DNA of 64,000 nucleotides from Escherichia coli (GTDB lineage Bacteria; Pseudomonadota; Gammaproteobacteria; Enterobacterales; Enterobacteriaceae): NCBI RefSeq assembly GCF_051903065.1, contig NZ_CP178438.1; one strand, 5' to 3'. Shown piece by piece: positions 57,570 to 64,000 of this stretch (position 1 is its first letter; each line of letters starts with the position of its first letter). The notes under the pieces were generated by a model. It saw only the letters and a program-made list of their open reading frames with translations, ran no database searches and was not told where the DNA came from. The position numbers and the translations under genes were made by a program.

Positions 57570-57836
57570 ATGCTTGAAGATACTACAATTCATAATGCAA
57601 TAACTGATAAAGCGTTATCAAGTTACTTTCGCAGTTCGGGTAATTTGTTAGAAGAAGAGTCAGCAGTGTTAGGGCAGGCTGTGACTAATTTAATGCTTTC
57701 AGGCGATAATGTTAATAATAAAAATATTATCTTAAGTCTGATACACTCCCTGGAAACAACAAGTGATATTCTCAAAGCTGATGTGATCAGAAAAACACTG
57801 GAAATCGTGTTGCGATACACAGCGGATGACATGTAA
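57570..57836 (+). CDS. ariR: Acid-resistance and biofilm regulator AriR (YmgB)
   Basis: 88-aa [28 protein letters not shown]... Confidence 0.9.
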   Translation: MLEDTTIHNAITDKALSSYFRSSGNLLEEESAVLGQAVTNLMLSGDNVNNKNIILSLIHSLETTSDILKADVIRKTLEIVLRYTADDM

Positions 57837-57948
57837 CTTTTAATTATTAAGTATAAGTTTATAGAAAACTCATTCATCTTATTTTTGTCTGTCGCTTTAG
57901 ACTATACACAGCATAATTTTATTGGGTTAATATTTCTACGAGGCTGAC

Positions 57949-58197
57949 ATGAATAATTCAATCCCAGAGAGATTTATTTTTCAATGTGCTTTGTTTAAAA
58001 ATCTCGAGAGGGAGGTGTTCATGACGCATGGGTATGTTGATAGTCATATTATTGATCAGGCTTTACGCTTGCGTTTAAAAGATGAAACCAGTGTGATTCT
58101 TTCTGATCTCTATCTGCAAATCTTGCAGTACATTGAAATGCATAAGACTACACTAACGGATATCATTATTAATGACAGGGAATCCGTGCTCTCTTAG
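57949..58197 (+). CDS. ymgC: Small protein YmgC
   Basis: 82-aa ORF, last gene of ycgZ-ymgA-ariR-ymgC cluster. Confidence 0.85.
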   Translation: MNNSIPERFIFQCALFKNLEREVFMTHGYVDSHIIDQALRLRLKDETSVILSDLYLQILQYIEMHKTTLTDIIINDRESVLS

Positions 58198-58532
58198 AAC
58201 TTGAGTAAGGTTATAGAATAAACATCAGCTGTATCATCATGCTGGTGCAAAGTGAGCATTTCAGGCGTTATGCTTTCTTAATATATCCGCAATATCAGGG
58301 GGCAAACAGGAATGGAGAGCGCTCGTTTTCCATTCTTGACGCCTGATATCCCACCTAATTTGTTTAACTCTGCCTACATTGTGCTCAATAATTAATAGGT
58401 TAGATGAAGATGGAGAAAATTTTATCTTCGGCGTGGATATTTCTTATGCTCTCTACCATGCTCTCTGTAGACGCCAGCGCGAGCGAATGAACGTCATTTT
58501 CATGTATTAAACCCTTTGTTCGGGACAAGCGA

Positions 58533-60056
58533 ATGCGCAATACACTCATACCCATCCTCGTTGCGATATGCTTGTTTATAACCGGTGTCGCTATTTTGAA
58601 CATCCAGCTCTGGTATTCCGCAAAAGCAGAGTACCTGGCGGGAGCAAGATATGCCGCCAACAATATCAATCATATACTTGAAGAAGCGTCACAGGCGACT
58701 CAAACAGCGGTTAACATTGCCGGGAAGGAATGCGACCTCGAGGAGCAATATCAGCTTGGCACTGAAGCAGCTCTGAAACCTCACCTGCGCACAATCATCA
58801 TTCTCAAACAGGGAACGGTCTGGTGTACATCCTTACCGGGGAATCGGGTCCTGCTGTCTCGTATTCCTGTTTTCCCGGACAGTAATTTACTGTTGGCTCC
58901 GGCAATCGACACCGTTAATAGATTACCTATCCTGCTCTATCAGAGCCAATTTGCAGATACGCGCATTTTGGTTACGATAAGTGATCAGCATATTCGCGGG
59001 GCGCTTAATGTACCCTTGAAAGGGGTAAGGTATGTATTACGCGTGGCGGATGACATTATTGGACCTACGGGTGATGTGATGACGCTTAATGGACATTATC
59101 CCTATACCGAGAAGGTTCACTCCACAAAATATCATTTCACTATTATCTTTAACTCGCCGCCACTCTTTAGCTTCTACAGACTTATCGATAAAGGCTTTGG
59201 GATTTTGATCTTTATTCTGTTAATCGCCTGCGCCGCTGCCTTCCTGCTAGATAGGTATTTCAATAAAAGCGCAACGCCTGAAGAGATCCTGCGGCGGGCT
59301 ATAAATAATGGGGAGATCGTCCCTTTTTACCAACCAGTGGTGAATGGTCGGGAAGGGACATTGCGGGGAGTTGAGGTGTTAGCCCGCTGGAAACAACCTC
59401 ACGGTGGATATATTTCACCCGCGGCATTTATTCCACTTGCTGAAAAATCCGGATTAATCGTTCCGCTTACGCAAAGCCTGATGAATCAGGTTGCCAGACA
59501 GATGAACGCTATCGCGAGTAAATTGCCGGAAGGTTTTCATATTGGAATTAATTTTAGCGCCTCGCATATTATTTCGCCGACGTTTGTCGACGAGTGCTTA
59601 AATTACCGTGACAGTTTTACCCGCCGCGATTTAAACCTCGTTCTGGAAGTTACCGAGCGTGAGCCATTAAATGTTGATGAAAGTCTGGTTCAGCGGTTGA
59701 ACATTCTGCATGAAAATGGTTTTGTCATCGCGCTGGATGATTTCGGTACTGGCTACTCAGGGCTTTCTTATCTGCATGACCTGCATATTGATTATATCAA
59801 AATTGATCACAGTTTCGTTGGTCGCGTCAACGCAGACCCAGAATCAACCCGAATTCTGGATTGTGTATTGGATCTGGCGCGTAAACTTTCGATCAGTATC
59901 GTCGCTGAAGGTGTCGAAACGAAAGAACAACTTGATTATCTGAACCAAAATAATATCACATTTCAGCAGGGTTATTATTTCTATAAACCTGTTACATACA
60001 TCGACCTGGTCAAAATTATCCTTTCTAAACCGAAGGTGAAGGTTGTGGTTGAGTGA
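58533..60056 (+). CDS. pdeG: Membrane-anchored c-di-GMP phosphodiesterase PdeG (YcgG), EAL domain with intact motifs
   Basis: 507-aa ORF; N-terminal TM plus periplasmic sensor region, C-terminal EAL domain with EVLARW, DDFGTGYSGL, AEGVET. Confidence 0.92.
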   Translation: MRNTLIPILVAICLFITGVAILNIQLWYSAKAEYLAGARYAANNINHILEEASQATQTAVNIAGKECDLEEQYQLGTEAALKPHLRTIIILKQGTVWCTSLPGNRVLLSRIPVFPDSNLLLAPAIDTVNRLPILLYQSQFADTRILVTISDQHIRGALNVPLKGVRYVLRVADDIIGPTGDVMTLNGHYPYTEKVHSTKYHFTIIFNSPPLFSFYRLIDKGFGILIFILLIACAAAFLLDRYFNKSATPEEILRRAINNGEIVPFYQPVVNGREGTLRGVEVLARWKQPHGGYISPAAFIPLAEKSGLIVPLTQSLMNQVARQMNAIASKLPEGFHIGINFSASHIISPTFVDECLNYRDSFTRRDLNLVLEVTEREPLNVDESLVQRLNILHENGFVIALDDFGTGYSGLSYLHDLHIDYIKIDHSFVGRVNADPESTRILDCVLDLARKLSISIVAEGVETKEQLDYLNQNNITFQQGYYFYKPVTYIDLVKIILSKPKVKVVVE

Positions 60057-60187
60057 AAATCGATCAGTAAGGCCATAGTGCGGTGTAATTATAGACAGCT
60101 AATTAGCTCGTTGCCTCTTGTTACTATTGTTCATTATTTTATTTGCTATAATTGTTTGAAAGTTTTGACAGGATTGCCATTAGTAGC

Positions 60188-60406
60188 ATGAACAATAGTA
60201 ATAATCTGGATTATTTCACTCTCTATATCATCTTTTCCATTGCATTTATGCTGATCACTCTCCTGGTCATCCTTATTGCAAAACCCAGTACCGGGCTGGG
60301 AGAAGTGCTTGTGACGATAAATTTGCTTAATGCCCTTGTTTGGCTGGCGATCAATCTGGTTAATCGATTAAGGGAAAGACTCGTCAGCCACAGGGATCAG
60401 CAATAA
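60188..60406 (+). CDS. ymgF: Small inner-membrane protein YmgF
   Basis: ATG at 60188 gives 72 aa (MNNSNNLDYFTLYIIFSIAFMLITLLVIL...), two hydrophobic helices. Confidence 0.85.
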   Translation: MNNSNNLDYFTLYIIFSIAFMLITLLVILIAKPSTGLGEVLVTINLLNALVWLAINLVNRLRERLVSHRDQQ

Positions 60407-60805
60407 TCTTTCAGTTTCTCACTGTCAGTATGCGGCTGAATGGGGTGCTGACAGTGAACGCCTGGATCATTGAAGGAAAGGAATTATTGCGCAAATAGTT
60501 GTCAACCCTGGTGTTATCACAGTTGTTTTTATATATCATTGAAATAATTTCTATGGCAACTATCAATGATAGTGATGTCGAAGAGTTATTTGTTAAACAA
60601 AATCGTCACCTCAAAGTGATCAATGTCATGAAAATAAGGTGAAAAATGATAATGCCGACTTATTTATCATTTATATATTGTAGCTGTTTATCTATTTAAA
60701 TTTCTTGTGCTTTTGTTTTTGTCTTTACCCTCCGTTTTGGTAATCTGAACTCATAGGTTATTTGACCAGGAATGTTTGTTAATCCAATGAATGGATGGTT
60801 AATCT

Positions 60806-61394
60806 ATGAAACTGAAAAAACTCCCCGGGTTTAGTTTAGGACTTATTGCTCTGGCGGTGGGTAATGCATATGCAACACAATTGTTGGATGATTATAGTAT
60901 AATTTCCTATATAACCGATGAAGAATCGCCGATTCAAATCAAAGATAATACTTTGAAAAGTAATGAAGAATATCTAACCACTGAAGACGAAAGTCATGCT
61001 GTGAAAGTGGATGACGGTGTAACTAGATATATAAATAATGCCAGTGTGATGACTAGTGGTGATGGATCTTATGGTATTTCTGTTGATAGTCAAAACAAAG
61101 TATTATATATAAGCGATAGCGATATTAAGACCTCTGGAAGCGTATCTAACAAAGAAAATAACCAAGATGTTAATGGAGGGATAACAGCCAGCGCAGTAGT
61201 CAGTGAATTTGGTGGCACCATCGTTATGAATGGTGATAATTTAGTCGAGACGGGGGGGGCATATTCAGCGGGACTTTTAAGTCAGGTTAATGATTCTGGA
61301 AATGTGGAAAATAACACTCGTCTTGAAACCACAGATAAAACGATCATTGTTACCTCTGGGGAAAATGCAGTAGGTGTTCTTGCATGTTCAAGTC
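60806..61394 (+). pseudogene. ycgH: Autotransporter (ycgH-like) N-terminal fragment, truncated by IS insertion
   Basis: ORF with signal peptide (MKLKKLPGFSLGLIALAVGNAYA) and Ser/Asn/Gly-rich passenger repeats; reading frame runs into the IS left end and stops at 61403-61405. Confidence 0.8.
61386..61394. repeat. 9-bp target-site duplication (left copy) gttcaagtc
   Basis: Identical 9-mer directly flanks both ends of the IS element. Confidence 0.9.
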
Positions 61395-62451
61395 GGCTTT
61401 GTTGAATAAATCGAACTTTTGCTGAGTTGAAGGATCAGATCACGTATCTTCCCGACAACGCAGACCGTTCCGTGGCAAAGCAAAAGTTCAAAATCACCAA
61501 CTGGCCCACCTACAATAAAGCCCTCATCAACCGTGGCTCCATAACTTTCTGGCTGGATGATGAAGCTATTCAGGCCTGGTATGAGTCAGCAACACCTTCT
61601 TCACGAGGCAGACCTCAGCGCTATTCTGACCTTGCCATCACGACTGTGCTGGTCATTAAACGCGTATTCAGGCTGACCCTGCGCGCTGCGCAGGGCTTTA
61701 TTGATTCCATTTTTTCTCTGATGAACGTTCCGCTACGCTGCCCGGATTACAGCTGTGTCAGCAGGCGGGCAAAGTCGGTTAATGTCAGTTTCAAAACGCC
61801 CACCCGGGGTGAAATCGCACACCTGGTAATTGATTCCACCGGGCTGAAGGTCTTCGGTGAAGGCGAGTGGAAAGTCAAAAAGCATGGCCAGGAACGCCGC
61901 CGTATCTGGCGTAAGCTGCATCTCGCCGTTGACAGTAAAACACATGAAATCATCTGCGCTGACCTGTCGCTGAACAACGTTACGGACTCAGAGGCCTTCC
62001 CCGGGTTAATCCGGCAAACCCACCGGAAAATCAGGTCAGCCGCCGCCGATGGCGCTTACGATACCCGGCTATGTCACGATGAACTGCGGCGTAAGAAAAT
62101 CAGCGCGCTTATCCCTCCCCGAAAAGGTGCGGGTTACTGGCCCGGTGAATATGCAGACCGTAACCGTGCAGTGGCTAATCAGCGAATGACCGGGAGTAAT
62201 GCGCGGTGGAAATGGACAACAGATTACAACCGTCGCTCGATAGCGGAAACGGCGATGTACCGGGTAAAACAGCTGTTCGGGGGTTCACTGACACTGCGTG
62301 ACTACGATGGTCAGGTTGCAGAGGCTATGGCCCTGGTACGAGCGCTGAACAAAATGACGAAAGCAGGTATGCCTGAAAGCGTGCGTATTGCCTGAAAACA
62401 CAACCCGCTACGGGGGAGACTTACCCGAAATCTGATTTATTCAACAAAGCC
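61395..62451 (+). mobile_element. IS903-group insertion sequence (IS5 family), 1057 bp, complete
   Basis: Perfect 18-bp terminal inverted repeats ggctttgttgaataaatc (61395-61412) and gatttattcaacaaagcc (62434-62451); single transposase ORF; 9-bp flanking direct repeat. Confidence 0.92.
61472..62395 (+). CDS. IS903-group transposase (DDE)
   Basis: GTG start at 61472 gives 307 aa (MAKQKFKITNWPTYNKALINRGS...); matches IS903/IS102 transposase as recalled; the listed ORF starts 15 codons earlier at TTG. Confidence 0.9.
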   Translation: MAKQKFKITNWPTYNKALINRGSITFWLDDEAIQAWYESATPSSRGRPQRYSDLAITTVLVIKRVFRLTLRAAQGFIDSIFSLMNVPLRCPDYSCVSRRAKSVNVSFKTPTRGEIAHLVIDSTGLKVFGEGEWKVKKHGQERRRIWRKLHLAVDSKTHEIICADLSLNNVTDSEAFPGLIRQTHRKIRSAAADGAYDTRLCHDELRRKKISALIPPRKGAGYWPGEYADRNRAVANQRMTGSNARWKWTTDYNRRSIAETAMYRVKQLFGGSLTLRDYDGQVAEAMALVRALNKMTKAGMPESVRIA

Positions 62452-62460
62452 GTTCAAGTC
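62452..62460. repeat. 9-bp target-site duplication (right copy) gttcaagtc
   Basis: Identical to 61386-61394. Confidence 0.9.
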
Positions 62461-64000
62461 CTGGAGAGTCTCGAACATGTGTCGATGCTGTAGATGATGA
62501 AGTTAGTGATTCTAACAGTTACGAAGTTATTAGCCGTGCTGATTTAAAAATGAATGGTGGTTCCATAACAACTAATGGCATTAATAGCTATGGTGCTTAT
62601 GCTAATGGGAAAAAAGCATATATTAATTTAGATTATGTGGCACTTGAAACTGTGGCTGATGGAAGTTATGCAGTTGCTATTCGACAAGGTAACATTGATA
62701 TAAAAAATAGTTCTATTACAACAACCGGCACTAAAGCCCCCATTGCAAAAATATACAATGGTGGAGAGTTATTTTTTTCCAATGTCACCGCGGTATCAGA
62801 ACAAGATAAAGGAATATCAATTGATGCATCAAATATCGATTCTCAAGCCAAAATAGCACTATTAAGTGTTGAACTTTCAAGTGCTTTGGATAGTATTGAT
62901 GTTAACAAAACTACAACGGATGTAAGTATCCTTAATCGAAGTATTATCACACCTGGTAATAATGTTCTGGTTAATAATACTGGAGGTGGCTTAAACATAA
63001 TTTCGTCCGACTCTACTCTAAATGGAGCGACTAAACTCGTTAGCGGCACAACCACGCTGAAGCTTTCAGAAAACACAATCTGGAATATGAAAGATGACTC
63101 CGTTGTTACCCATCTGACTAATTCAGACAGTATTATCAATCTTTCGTATGATGATGGTCAAACATTTACCCAAGGAAAAACATTAACTGTAAAAGGTAAT
63201 TATGTCGGTAATAATGGTCAGCTTAATATCCGCACCGTATTAGGTGATGATAAATCGGCTACGGACAGACTTATTGTTGAGGGTAATACTTCGGGTTCAA
63301 CTACCGTCTATGTGAAAAATGCTGGAGGAAGCGGCGCGGCCACGCTAAACGGGATCGAACTTATAACTGTGAATGGCGATGAATCTCCAGCAGATGCCTT
63401 CAGACAAGGTGATGCAAGGATTGCAGCTGGAGCTTTCGAATATCAACTAAAACAACAAGGCAAAAACTGGTATTTGACAAGTTATCAGTCAGTGAATGAG
63501 GAGGATAACAGCTCAGAGGGAAATTCAGAATCAACAGAAACGCCCACCCCCGTCCTGCGCCCCGAAGCTGGAAGTTACGTCGCTAACCTGGCAGCCGCTA
63601 ACACTCTTTTTGTTATGCGTCTGAACGATCGTGCAGGTGAAACGCGTTACATCGATCCTGTAACTGAACAGGAGCGTTCAAGCCGACTTTGGCTACGTCA
63701 AATTGGCGGACATAATGCCTGGCGTGACAGCAACGGACAGTTGAGAACGACCTCGCATCGCTACGTCTCGCAGTTAGGGGCCGATCTGTTAACCGGTGGT
63801 TTTACCGACAGTGACAGTTGGCGTTTGGGAGTGATGGCTGGTTATGCCCGCGACTACAACTCAACTCATTCCAGCGTGTCGGATTATCGTTCGAAAGGGA
63901 GTGTCAGAGGCTATAGCGCAGGGCTGTATGCCACCTGGTTTGCCGATGACATCAGTAAAAAAGGCGCATACATTGACGCCTGGGCGCAATATAGCTGGTT
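62452..64000 (+). pseudogene. ycgH: Autotransporter (ycgH-like) downstream fragment: rest of passenger and start of beta-barrel domain; continues past window end
   Basis: Open frame (codons starting at 62460) with no stop to window end; translation ...NGINSYGAYANGKKAYINLDYVALE...RLWLRQIGGHNAWRDSNGQL... typical of AIDA-like autotransporters; in frame with the upstream fragment once the IS and one TSD copy are removed. Confidence 0.8.

Noticed and set aside
58400-58669. 89-codon minus-strand ORF overlapping the pdeG start
   Set aside because: Overlaps the pdeG 5' end, whose N-terminal TM segment is well supported; no SD or domain evidence.

Overview
This window reads as an Escherichia coli (or Shigella-like) chromosomal segment. 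Gene order runs from the 5' part of rne through rluC, yceF, yceD-rpmF-plsX-fabHDG-acpP-fabF, pabC-mltG-tmk-holB-ycfH, ptsG, fhuE, hinT-ycfL-lpoB-thiK-nagZ-ycfP, ndh, ycfJ, comR, bhsA, ldtC, mfd, ycfT, lolCDE, nagK, cobB, potABCD, pepT, roxA, phoPQ, purB, hflD, mnmA, nudJ, rluE and icd. Nearly all of 1-52.8 kb is ordinary core genome, with proteins recognised by eye from the ORF track and start codons re-derived by hand (several GTG/TTG starts). From ~52.8 kb the window becomes AT-rich and accessory-like: iraM, ycgX, the blue-light/c-di-GMP module bluR-bluF plus ycgZ-ymgA-ariR-ymgC, pdeG, ymgF, and an autotransporter gene (ycgH-like) split by a complete IS903-family element with perfect 18-bp inverted repeats and a 9-bp target duplication. 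Compared with the K-12 reference as I remember it, the e14 prophage at icd and the ycfZ-ymfA pair between cobB and potD are absent. No rRNA, tRNA or CRISPR array was seen. I found no convincing evidence of a wholly novel multi-gene system; the signals most worth a second look are the imperfect direct repeat of the icd terminator bracketing iraM, an orphan plus-strand terminator upstream of iraM, and the IS903 insertion. All calls rest on reading the sequence and recalled protein families; no database search was run.
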